Source: a bacterium
GTDB taxonomy: Bacteria; JAHJDO01
DNA: 64,000 nt
Direction: 5' to 3'
Assembly (NCBI GenBank): GCA_043824255.1
Contig: JBDRTG010000005.1
Coordinates: 24,650 to 88,649, forward strand
The position numbers were made by a program, and so were the translations under genes. The notes beneath the pieces are model-generated. The model searched no databases. It was not told the origin of the DNA and was given only the letters and a program-made list of their open reading frames with translations. Within the stretch, counting starts at the first letter, position 1. Each line of letters begins with the position of its first letter. Below, one piece after another: positions 47,152 to 56,709 of this stretch.

Positions 47152-48699
47152 TTAGAAATTGTCCTTGTTCTTACTGTTATGCGCAATAATATTCAGCATC
47201 CTTTCAGAGGCTTTAATAGCTGCTATAATCTGATCAGAATCAACGCCAATAGTTTTAAAAACTTTGTCTTTAGTAGCCCACATTATCAATGTTTCAACTA
47301 AAGCACTTGTTTTCCCTCCAGGAGGAATTCTAACTTCATAATCAATTAATTCCGGCATAGAAAGCTTTATCCTGCTACATGCTTTTTTTAACGCATTCAT
47401 AAAAGCATCATAACCTCCATTACCTGAAGCAGATTCCTTTATCTTCTGCTCTCCATATTGGAGAACAAATGACGCTGTTGGCAAAATCCCCTTTCCACTT
47501 GTTATAATACAATCTGTAATTTGAACTAGATTCCCTTCTCCTATCTCAAGCACGTCAGCAATTATAAAAGGCAGATCCTCTATTGTGATTGACTCTTTTT
47601 TATCACCAAGCTGGATTATCTCCTGTAAAACTTTTTTCTTGTTTTCTTCAGTAAGCTCTATTCCCAATTCAGCCAAATTTTGATCTAATGAAGCTTTTCC
47701 GCTCAGTTTACCAAGAGCATATGTTCTCTTTCTGCCAAATCTTTCGGGTAAGAGCGGATTTGCATATAAATTTGCCTTCTTATCTCCATCAGCATGAATT
47801 CCACTGGTTTGCGTAAAAACGTCCTGGCCAACAATCGGTGTATTTGCAGCAACTCTCTTGCCCGAAAAAGTCTCTACTAATTTACTGACAGAAATAATCT
47901 TTCTTTCAACAATATGTGTCTTACATTCTGTATTATCATGAATATTCGCTGCAATTTCACCCAAAGAAGCATTACCAGTACGTTCGCCTAAACAATTAAC
48001 AGTAACATGAATTGTCCCAGCCCCTGCCTCAATTGCATATAGGCTATTTGCGGTGGCAAGACCATAATCATTATGCGCATGAAAGTCAAACCTCATGTCT
48101 GGAAATGAGCTCACCATACCCTTAACATAGGTATATGCTGTATTAGGTGTAAGAATTCCAAGAGTATCAGGTAACATTATTCTGTTAACATTCATATTGT
48201 ATAGCGCTCTTGTAATTTCCATAACATAATCCTTAGAATCTCTATAACCATTAGACCAGTCTTCTAAGTAAATGTTTACAGTAAGTCCTTTCTCTTTTGC
48301 ATAATCTATTGTTTCTCTTATTTCACTGATATGTGTTTTTATATCTTTGCGCAATTGAAATTTCAGGTGCTTTTCCGAGCCTTTAGTCAATAGATTCATT
48401 ACCTTAGCACCTGTTGAGACTATCCAATCAACAGACGCCCTATGATCAACAAATCCCAATACTTCAACCTTGTTTAGAAAGCCTCTCAATTTTGTCCACT
48501 GTATGATACTTGCAACAGACTCTTTCTCTCCCCGAGACACTCTGGCAGATGCGACTTCTATTCTATCTACATTTACTTCATTAAGTAACATTTTGACAAT
48601 ATTCAATTTCTCACTACGAGAAAAAGAAACACCTTGAGTTTGCTCTCCATCTCTTAATGTTGTATCAAGTATTTCAATAATCCTTTTTGTATTTTCCAT
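47152..48699 (-). CDS. Citramalate synthase-like / 2-isopropylmalate synthase family
   Basis: DTTLRDGEQT, YLEDWSNG, HAHND, GERTGNA, GIHADG, LeuA-type regulatory C-terminus; resembles Leptospira-type CimA. Confidence 0.82.
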   Translation of the reverse strand: MENTKRIIEILDTTLRDGEQTQGVSFSRSEKLNIVKMLLNEVNVDRIEVASARVSRGEKESVASIIQWTKLRGFLNKVEVLGFVDHRASVDWIVSTGAKVMNLLTKGSEKHLKFQLRKDIKTHISEIRETIDYAKEKGLTVNIYLEDWSNGYRDSKDYVMEITRALYNMNVNRIMLPDTLGILTPNTAYTYVKGMVSSFPDMRFDFHAHNDYGLATANSLYAIEAGAGTIHVTVNCLGERTGNASLGEIAANIHDNTECKTHIVERKIISVSKLVETFSGKRVAANTPIVGQDVFTQTSGIHADGDKKANLYANPLLPERFGRKRTYALGKLSGKASLDQNLAELGIELTEENKKKVLQEIIQLGDKKESITIEDLPFIIADVLEIGEGNLVQITDCIITSGKGILPTASFVLQYGEQKIKESASGNGGYDAFMNALKKACSRIKLSMPELIDYEVRIPPGGKTSALVETLIMWATKDKVFKTIGVDSDQIIAAIKASERMLNIIAHNSKNKDNF

Positions 48700-48723
48700 A
48701 TTAAAGTTCTCCTGTCCCCTTTA

Positions 48724-49833
48724 TTAATTATCTCTACTTAATCTCTCAAATAATCTTTCAACATCTACATACTCTTCAACAAGGCTTTTGGCAGTTCTTA
48801 TTTTCTCCGTATCCGTCTCAGCTATCTTAACTACCAGGTCATGTATCAATGATGCAACTCCGTAAGTATCTATATCCACAGCCAGAACAGGTATAGTTGT
48901 CTTTTGTATGAGATTCATTACAGACTGGTGAATCTGCATCTTACCTGTTAATATGATTCCCGATATCCTGTGTTTTCTCTCTGTTCCAATAACTGAAGAA
49001 CTCATGGCAGCAAGCACAATATCCTCTCTATCCGCAGGTGTAATTAACAGCACTCTCTCTCCAAAAAAGCCCAACGCATTATGGGGAGTCATTGCTCCTA
49101 CTACAATCTTTTCAATCTGATTATCAAGAGATTCCCTGCCATTTACAAGCTTTGAAGGAATGCTTTCCATAACCTGTTTTATACTTGGCCATGTAAGACG
49201 TTTTGTATATGGTATAGCTCCAAACAGTTCAATCCCCTTCTTTGCCAAGCCTCTCTTTATGTAATCCTTAATTTTATCCATTTTATCGGGTATCACCTTG
49301 TTAATTACCACACCCACTAATTCTACCCCCTCTTTTTCAAACAAGGCCTTATTTAAAACAATCTCATCTATTGGACGGCCAATCCCGCCTACTGTTATCA
49401 TCAGAACCTTTGCGCCCAGCAATTTTGCAACAGACCCATTTCCTAGATCAAAAACAGACCCGACACCAGCATGTCCTGTTCCCTCAATCACTACCAGATC
49501 CTTACCTTTTGAAATCTCTCCATAAGCTTCCATAATAATATCCGTTAAAACTTGTTTCTTTCCATGATCTATATATTCCTCAGTAAAACCCCTTTCAACA
49601 GCTATTGGACTTATATGTCGTAATTCTCCGTCACAATTACAACAACTCTTTATCAGTACAGCGTCCTCATCAACTTTATATCCTTCAATCTCTACATATC
49701 GCTGACCAACAGGCTTCATAAATCCTATATTCTTGGCATACTGTTTAAATGCCATCATAAGACCGAGGCTTACTAATGTTTTTCCGTCATTTTGTCTTGT
49801 AGCTGCAATAAATAATTTCTTCTCTTTAGACAT
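48724..49833 (-). CDS. Phosphotransacetylase N-terminal-like protein (BioD-like P-loop + DRTGG), no Pta catalytic domain
   Basis: DGKT, FMKPVG, IEGTGH, VINK, VGAM, ITPADREDI, ILTG. Confidence 0.85.
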   Translation of the reverse strand: MSKEKKLFIAATRQNDGKTLVSLGLMMAFKQYAKNIGFMKPVGQRYVEIEGYKVDEDAVLIKSCCNCDGELRHISPIAVERGFTEEYIDHGKKQVLTDIIMEAYGEISKGKDLVVIEGTGHAGVGSVFDLGNGSVAKLLGAKVLMITVGGIGRPIDEIVLNKALFEKEGVELVGVVINKVIPDKMDKIKDYIKRGLAKKGIELFGAIPYTKRLTWPSIKQVMESIPSKLVNGRESLDNQIEKIVVGAMTPHNALGFFGERVLLITPADREDIVLAAMSSSVIGTERKHRISGIILTGKMQIHQSVMNLIQKTTIPVLAVDIDTYGVASLIHDLVVKIAETDTEKIRTAKSLVEEYVDVERLFERLSRDN

Positions 49834-49839
49834 AATATT

Positions 49840-50697
49840 TTATAGATACTTTCCTGCTATAATGCTTAGTTTATCCTTTACCTGTTGAGAAATAATACTT
49901 CTGTCTGTTATGATTGCACTAGCCAGCGCATTAGCACACTCGCACTTTCTCTCAGAGGAAATTTCCTTAACCGTTTCCTTTATAATCTTTTTTGCATTCT
50001 CTGAGTTTTTATTAAGATTTGCAATTATAGTCTCCACACTTACTATTTCTTCTGTCTCATGCCAACAATCGTAATCAGTAACCATTGCCATTGCCCCGTA
50101 GCAGATCTCTGCTTCTCTAGCCAGTTTTGCTTCTATCAAATTCGTCATTCCAATAACATCAAAGCCCATTTTTCTATAAAAGAAAGATTCTGCTTTTGTA
50201 GAAAATGCAGGCCCTTCCATATTCAAGTATGTTCCTCCATTATAAACTCTTAACCCAATTTTTTTCACTGTTTCGTATAGTATCTTGCTCAAATCAGGGC
50301 AAACAGGATTAGCAAAACTAATATGAGCAACTACTCCGTCTCCAAAAAAGCTGCATTTGCGAGCCTGATTTGTTCTATCAAAGAACTGGTCAGGAATAAC
50401 AATATCCAGAGGATGAATATTATCCTTAAGGCTGCCAACTGCACCAACAGAAATAATCCATTCCACACCAAGCTTTTTCATGCCATAGATATTGGCGCAA
50501 TAGTTTATTTCGGAAGGTAAGAGTTTATGTCCTCTCCCATGCCTCGGAAGAAACACCACCTCTTTTTCAGAAAGAGTACCTGTAATATATTTATCCGAAG
50601 GCTTCCCAAACGGAGTATTTATCTCAAGCTCCTCTACATTTTTCAGTTCTTTCATATCATAAAGCCCGCTACCACCGATAATACCTATCTTTGCCAT
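49840..50697 (-). CDS. mtnP: S-methyl-5'-thioadenosine phosphorylase
   Basis: IIGGSG, TPFGKPS, RHGRGH, EGPAFST.AES, IGMT, VTDYDCW. Confidence 0.95.
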   Translation of the reverse strand: MAKIGIIGGSGLYDMKELKNVEELEINTPFGKPSDKYITGTLSEKEVVFLPRHGRGHKLLPSEINYCANIYGMKKLGVEWIISVGAVGSLKDNIHPLDIVIPDQFFDRTNQARKCSFFGDGVVAHISFANPVCPDLSKILYETVKKIGLRVYNGGTYLNMEGPAFSTKAESFFYRKMGFDVIGMTNLIEAKLAREAEICYGAMAMVTDYDCWHETEEIVSVETIIANLNKNSENAKKIIKETVKEISSERKCECANALASAIITDRSIISQQVKDKLSIIAGKYL

Positions 50698-50748
50698 ATT
50701 TAACCCTTTTGTAATTGACCGGTATTATGTCATATGCGAACCACCCAA

Positions 50749-51498
50749 TCAAGGCAATTCAGAATTGACAAGTTCTACAACTATGCTACCGAACGTTATC
50801 TTCATCTGTACCCTGACAGGAATTCTTCTCTCATCATCTGTAAGCCAGACTTTTATTTTACTGCCTTCTACCTCAAGCACTCCTTCAAGATTCAGCCCTT
50901 CAAGAACAGGCGATATAAGTATTGTTTCATATGTGTTTTTTCCTACCTCGATTGTCTCTTTTTTCAGAACGTTCACTCTTAATCTGTGATTTTTTCTATT
51001 GTCATAGGCATTAAGGCTTACAGTTTCTCCTACAACTAATTTTTGAGCTCTTATATAGTATAAACATGCAAAAGGGTCTTTTGCTTCAGGAAGGATCTCT
51101 ATGGTTTTTCCATTTACGTATGCCACATGTTTTTCCTGATCAAAACGAGTTGTTTCCTTCTTCTTATAGAATCCCTCTCTAAAGTCTTTAATACATTTCA
51201 AAGAGTATTGTTTTTCTTTATCTATATAGGATTCCATGCGGTCTCTTATTTTACATATAATAGAAACCAGTCCTATTGAATCTCCCCTTGCTTTAATATG
51301 CAAAACTTCCCTATCTTCAATGTCCAATATCTCGGATAATTCCAAGCTTCCGTTTCCAGCCTTTATCTTAAGCCAGCTAATTTTATACTCAAACTTCTCC
51401 CCTTCAACAAAAACTGCCTGAGCATGAGCAGTTACAGAACGCAAAATAATTAGCGCAGATAAGAAAATAATACACAAGACTAAATTTTTAATTTTCAA
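50749..51498 (-). CDS. Exported DUF3108-like protein
   Basis: Signal peptide (AHA), GEKFEYKISW, DP..LYY.R, VWLTDD.RRIPV. Confidence 0.75.
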   Translation of the reverse strand: MKIKNLVLCIIFLSALIILRSVTAHAQAVFVEGEKFEYKISWLKIKAGNGSLELSEILDIEDREVLHIKARGDSIGLVSIICKIRDRMESYIDKEKQYSLKCIKDFREGFYKKKETTRFDQEKHVAYVNGKTIEILPEAKDPFACLYYIRAQKLVVGETVSLNAYDNRKNHRLRVNVLKKETIEVGKNTYETILISPVLEGLNLEGVLEVEGSKIKVWLTDDERRIPVRVQMKITFGSIVVELVNSELP

Positions 51499-51518
51499 TT
51501 TTTAATTAACCTCTCGAA

Positions 51519-52619
51519 TCAAAGAAGCTCTTTATAGACGTTTTCTATCCTGTTCATCATACCTCTAATTAAAAACTTTTCTCTTACAACCTTGAACCCT
51601 TCTTTTCCCATATATTCTCTCTTTTCTTTATCATTTATCAGTTCTAATAAGCCATTAGCAAGCTCTTCAGCATCTCCAGGGGAAACTAGAATACCTGTCT
51701 TATCATGGCTTACAATTTCAGGAACTCCTCCTACATTAGAGGCAACAACTGGTTTCCCGAGCGCCATTGCTTCAATTGCCGACCTTCCAAAAGATTCCTT
51801 TAAAGTTGGAAATGCCAGTACATCAATTGCTGACATGACATTCGCAATGTCATTTCTAAAACCGGTAAAAATAACTTTCCCATTTAAATCCAACTTGTTT
51901 ATCAATGCTTCACAAAGCCCTTGATCTTTTTCTCTGCGAACTTCACCAGCAACAAGAAACTTAACATTTTTATTTTTCTTCAAAATAATTGATGCTGCCC
52001 TTAAGAACACATCATGTCCTTTTAGTTTGCTTATCTGTCCAACAATACCAATAACTAATTCGTACTTAGGAATATTTAATTCCTTTCTAATATCTTTACC
52101 GGGTTTAAAACTATCCAGATCAATACTGTTATTAATGACTGCCAACTTCTCACTTTTATTCTTTATGTCTTCAAATGGCTTTGCAGCTGCATTTGAAACT
52201 GCAATTACTCTATCAGAATGCTTTAACAAATATTTACCTATCTTATCAGGTTGAATAATATCTCTTATGTGTGTGATTACAGGTATTTTTCTAAATCTAC
52301 ATGCTAGAATTCCATAGGGAGCATCACTATGAGAGTTACTATGCACAAGGGGAATTCTTTCCTCTTTTATCAATTTCGCAAGAGACATAACAGTACAGGG
52401 AATCCATGGAAAATATTTCCCCTTTCTCCACAACCTCATTCTTACAATTCTATATGGGATTTTTATTTCATCCAGTTTTTCTGTCAAAGGACCGCTGGCT
52501 GAACATACAACAATCGGGAAAAAGGTTTTCTTATCTAAATGAGTCAGTATGTCAAGAAGACTTCTCCGCGCGCCCCATAGATTAACGCTGCTGCTTAGAT
52601 AAAGTATTTTATGCAACAT
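51519..52619 (-). CDS. GT4 glycosyltransferase
   Basis: GARRSL, KGH, FTGFR.D, ESFGRSAIEAMALGKPVV. Confidence 0.92.
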   Translation of the reverse strand: MLHKILYLSSSVNLWGARRSLLDILTHLDKKTFFPIVVCSASGPLTEKLDEIKIPYRIVRMRLWRKGKYFPWIPCTVMSLAKLIKEERIPLVHSNSHSDAPYGILACRFRKIPVITHIRDIIQPDKIGKYLLKHSDRVIAVSNAAAKPFEDIKNKSEKLAVINNSIDLDSFKPGKDIRKELNIPKYELVIGIVGQISKLKGHDVFLRAASIILKKNKNVKFLVAGEVRREKDQGLCEALINKLDLNGKVIFTGFRNDIANVMSAIDVLAFPTLKESFGRSAIEAMALGKPVVASNVGGVPEIVSHDKTGILVSPGDAEELANGLLELINDKEKREYMGKEGFKVVREKFLIRGMMNRIENVYKELL

Positions 52620-53754
52620 CTGGTATGTGCTTTCTTATTAGATCTTCAAAAAGATCTTCTGTCCTTTTAATGAATACAGGCGCATCAAACTGCTTCTTTG
52701 CCCATTCTCTCCCTGTATTTCCCATTCTTCTAGCCTTATCCTTATTCGTCAGCAAATCAATTACTGCCTTAGCAATAGCCTTTTCATCTTTAGTGGGGAC
52801 AAGTATGCCTGTTTTATCATTAATTACAACTTCAGGCGTGCCTCCAACATTTGTTGCTACTACCGCAACTCCACAGGCCTGTGCCTCAATAATAGAGCGT
52901 GGCAGGCCTTCGTAATAAGACGTCAAAACAAAGATATCAAGAATATGCAGGATTTCAGGAACATCTCGCCTCTGCCCTGCGAAAATTATTTTATCTGCAA
53001 TCCCAAGACCATTAGCCAGATTCCTAAGTTCATCAGCCATGTATCCGTCTCCCACAATTAAGAACTTCAATTTTTTGGGGAACTTCTGAAGTATTAAAGA
53101 AGCTGCTTTAATGAGATAAGGATATCCTTTAAGTTCCACAAGTCTTCCCACAGTGCCTACAACACAGCAGTTTTCATCAATTCCAAATTCTCTTTTTTTC
53201 TCCTGTTTGTTAACACTCAGATTTAATCTTGACAGATCTGATGCATTATAGATTAAGCTTATTCTATCCTCCCCTAAATTCAACTCGTTCTGAGTATGGC
53301 GTTTAACCTCCTTTGATAACACAATTATTTTTTTGGGGACATGTTTCAATAAAAAATTATACTGCCATATTGACGTTCCCCTCTTTTCCTCTCCAAACCT
53401 GTCTGTATTCATTAATGTATGTATTGTAGTCACAACTATAGGAACTCTCCCCAACCATCCTGCAACACAGCCCCTTCTATCTGCAAGCATATTATGAGTA
53501 TGAATAATATGAATCTTGTATCTTTTTATTATGTCTAAAAGCTTAAGAATAGAACCTGGATTATGTCTAAGCTCTACAGGAATTACTTCAAATCCCTGTT
53601 CTTTATAATACGGGACTATTGAGCCTGGACGTGTTACTACAATAACTCTGTATTTGTTTTTATCTAATCCAGCACAAAGAATTCTTGTATGCTCCTGTGA
53701 ACCCCCTGTTGCATCTTTGGAACTTATTATCTGAAGAATGTTTATCTGTTTCAT
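52609..53754 (-). CDS. GT4 glycosyltransferase
   Basis: GGSQ, VGRL..LKG, GQRRD, EGLPRSIIEAQACG. Confidence 0.92.
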   Translation of the reverse strand: MKQINILQIISSKDATGGSQEHTRILCAGLDKNKYRVIVVTRPGSIVPYYKEQGFEVIPVELRHNPGSILKLLDIIKRYKIHIIHTHNMLADRRGCVAGWLGRVPIVVTTIHTLMNTDRFGEEKRGTSIWQYNFLLKHVPKKIIVLSKEVKRHTQNELNLGEDRISLIYNASDLSRLNLSVNKQEKKREFGIDENCCVVGTVGRLVELKGYPYLIKAASLILQKFPKKLKFLIVGDGYMADELRNLANGLGIADKIIFAGQRRDVPEILHILDIFVLTSYYEGLPRSIIEAQACGVAVVATNVGGTPEVVINDKTGILVPTKDEKAIAKAVIDLLTNKDKARRMGNTGREWAKKQFDAPVFIKRTEDLFEDLIRKHIPDVA

Positions 53755-53881
53755 AATAATTTATCTGAACTGCAATTGTATTCATTATAGTCTTATCTAA
53801 TAAAAAATTGTAGAAAAATGTTGGATTTTGTTGTAAAATACGGAGTAGACACCGTTTCATTGCAATATTTAGGAGGGCTGT

Positions 53882-55432
53882 GTGAAGAGAACTCTGGAGC
53901 AGGAGAGAATAAAAGATGTGTTGAAAGAAACAATCAGGAACCTGAACGCTGAAAGAGGGTCTTTGATGTTGGTTGATAATGCTACAGATGAGCTGTATAT
54001 TCAGGTTTCCTGTTCCACAAACCCTGAAACCGAACTCAAAGATGATGTATTAAGAACTACAAGAGTCAAGATAGGAAAAGGAATTTCCGGAATTGTCGCA
54101 AAAACCCAGAAGCCGCTTATTATAAATGATATAAGGGATGTCTTGGAGAAGCACCCTGATCTCAAATTAAAAACGGACCCTAAAAAATACAAGACTTCCC
54201 TTATTGTCCCTGTAATAGATAATGGCAGGACAATTGCTGTAATCAATATAATTAACAAATTAGATAACAAGAAATTTTCTGAGGATGACTTGCATCTTGC
54301 CACAATGCTTGCTAGATACTGCCGAACTAGTCTGAAACTTAAAGAGAAAAATGAACAGCTAATTCATATCAACGAAATAATACGGGAAATTAACAAGACC
54401 AATATTTTAAGCGAGATATATGAGCTGGTAGTAAGAAAAGGCGCAGAAATCCTAAAATGCAAAAATGCATCTATAATGTTAGTGGAACAAAAAGAGAATA
54501 AAGATCCAATTCTAACTGTAAAAGAAAGTACGAACAAGTCGATAGTAGGACGTGGAAGAAAGCTCGGTGAAGGGGTATCCGGCTGGGTATGGAAAACAGG
54601 AGAACCTGTATTAATCAAAAGCATTGGGAAAGGAGAAAAGGATAGAAGATTTGAGATTATGAACAAGCCCGGTTCTTTTATTGTTGTGCCTCTAAATCTT
54701 AAATATAAATCACAATATGCTCTTAATGTAACTCTGAGAGGGCAATCAACAATAGGCGTGCTCAATTTTACAGACAAATTTGATAACAGCTCATTTACTT
54801 TTGAGGAGCTTGATTTAATAATAAACTATGCAAATCTTGTTGCCATTGCCCTGGAAAAAGCACACTTTTACAGGGATGCTAAACAGGCATATTTAACGAC
54901 TGTACAATCTCTAAGTACAGCGATTGAATCTAAAGATACTTACACGTGTGGACATTCTGAGAATGTTGCAAAGTATGCAGTTATTATAGCCAAAGAACTT
55001 AAAATGGATAGTAAAGACATTGAAAATATTAATCTTGCAGCTGCTCTGCACGACATAGGCAAAATCGGCGTCAGCGATGTCATTCTCACAAAACCTGCTA
55101 AATTAACACGTGAAGAATATAAAGAAATAAAAAAACATGTTACTTATTCAGAATCGATACTATCCCACTCTCCTTTTCTTGATGATGTTCGGTATATAAT
55201 CCGTCATCATCATGAACGGCTCGATGGCACTGGTTATCCTGATGGCTTAAAAGGACAAAAAATTCCTCTTGGTTCGAGAATACTTGCTGTTGCAGATTCA
55301 TACGACGCAATGACATCAAAAAGGCCATATAGAGACGCTATGCCAAAAGAGAAAGCAATACTAGAATTAAGAAAATGTTCAGGGAGTCAATTTGATCCTG
55401 ACATAGTGGAAGCTTTTATAAGAACACTATAA
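53882..55432 (+). CDS. GAF-GAF-HD-GYP cyclic-di-GMP phosphodiesterase-like protein
   Basis: Two GAF domains (GKGISG/GEGVSG, NK...F..D), KD.YT.GHS, HDIGK, HHER.DGTGYP. Confidence 0.92.
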   Translation: MKRTLEQERIKDVLKETIRNLNAERGSLMLVDNATDELYIQVSCSTNPETELKDDVLRTTRVKIGKGISGIVAKTQKPLIINDIRDVLEKHPDLKLKTDPKKYKTSLIVPVIDNGRTIAVINIINKLDNKKFSEDDLHLATMLARYCRTSLKLKEKNEQLIHINEIIREINKTNILSEIYELVVRKGAEILKCKNASIMLVEQKENKDPILTVKESTNKSIVGRGRKLGEGVSGWVWKTGEPVLIKSIGKGEKDRRFEIMNKPGSFIVVPLNLKYKSQYALNVTLRGQSTIGVLNFTDKFDNSSFTFEELDLIINYANLVAIALEKAHFYRDAKQAYLTTVQSLSTAIESKDTYTCGHSENVAKYAVIIAKELKMDSKDIENINLAAALHDIGKIGVSDVILTKPAKLTREEYKEIKKHVTYSESILSHSPFLDDVRYIIRHHHERLDGTGYPDGLKGQKIPLGSRILAVADSYDAMTSKRPYRDAMPKEKAILELRKCSGSQFDPDIVEAFIRTL

Positions 55433-55435
55433 ACA

Positions 55436-56599
55436 TCAATGAGACAAATACCCAAGTGCACATTCTGCTAATAGGGATGTTCCTGCAGGCAAGATATCTT
55501 CATCAAAATTAAAATTTCCGTTATGCAATGCAATAGGATTTTTGTCCCTTTTTACTCCAAGCCAAAAATATACTCCTGGAATCTCTTTTTGATAGAAAGA
55601 AAAATCTTCACTCACCATTGATAGATTTGGTTGAATTACTCTTACATCAAGCTTTTTTGCTGAAGAAACCACGAGATTGACTAAAGAGGCATTGTTTATT
55701 GTTACCGGGTATCCTTTTTCAAAATAAAGTGTATATTTTGCTCCAAAACTTTTAGCTATTCCTTCTATTATTTCCAACATTCTCTTCTTAACCTTATTTC
55801 GTGTATGATCACTAAATGTCCTGAAAGTACCTTTCATTTTTACCTCATCAGGAATGACATTATAAGAAGTACCTCCATTAATTGAACATATTGATATCAC
55901 ACATGGATTAAGCGCATTTACATTATAATTTTTAATTGTTTGTAATGCCTGAAATATATGACTTGCAACTATCAAAGGATTTACTGCTGTATGAGGCATG
56001 GCGCCATGTCCTCCTTTTCCCTTTACTATGATACTAAAGTTGTCCATTGAAGCCATTATTGCTCCAGACCTAATACCAATGGCACCAAAATTTATATATG
56101 GCCATAGATGCAAACCAAATATTGCATCTACCTGAGGATCCTTAAGAACTCCATGTCTCATCATTACTTCCGCACCACCAATATTCTCCTCTGCAGGCTG
56201 AAATATAAATTTAACACTGCCGTGTATCTGTTTCTTGAATCTTGATAATACTATTGCTGCGCCTATAACCATACTCATATGCCCGTCATGTCCACAAGCA
56301 TGCATTATGCCCTTATTTCTAGATCTGTAAGATACTGTATTATTCTCATCAACATTAAGAGCATCCATATCTGCGCGCAATGCTACTGTCTTTCCTTTAC
56401 AGCTTCCTTTCAACAGACCGACCACACCTGTTTTTGCAACACCCGTTTTCACATCAAGTCCTATTTCACCTAAAATCTCTGCAATCTTTTTGGATGTCCT
56501 TTTTTCTTGAAAGCCTATTTCTGGATATCTATGAAAATCCCGCCTGACTTGTATTAATCTATCCTTTATTTGCTCTGCAATTTTTCTTATTTCTGACAC
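55436..56599 (-). CDS. M20 family amidohydrolase
   Basis: RRDFH.YPE, RADMDAL, MHACGHDGH, FQPAEE, GGHGA.PH, SEDF. Confidence 0.93.
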   Translation of the reverse strand: MSEIRKIAEQIKDRLIQVRRDFHRYPEIGFQEKRTSKKIAEILGEIGLDVKTGVAKTGVVGLLKGSCKGKTVALRADMDALNVDENNTVSYRSRNKGIMHACGHDGHMSMVIGAAIVLSRFKKQIHGSVKFIFQPAEENIGGAEVMMRHGVLKDPQVDAIFGLHLWPYINFGAIGIRSGAIMASMDNFSIIVKGKGGHGAMPHTAVNPLIVASHIFQALQTIKNYNVNALNPCVISICSINGGTSYNVIPDEVKMKGTFRTFSDHTRNKVKKRMLEIIEGIAKSFGAKYTLYFEKGYPVTINNASLVNLVVSSAKKLDVRVIQPNLSMVSEDFSFYQKEIPGVYFWLGVKRDKNPIALHNGNFNFDEDILPAGTSLLAECALGYLSH

Positions 56600-56709
56600 A
56601 CATCCTCCTTATTGCTCTGATAGCCATACAAAAAAATCATTATACCCTTAATTTGTAATGGATTCAAATTCAAACTGGTGGTAGAATTTAGTACAGGAGA
56701 TGATTAAGA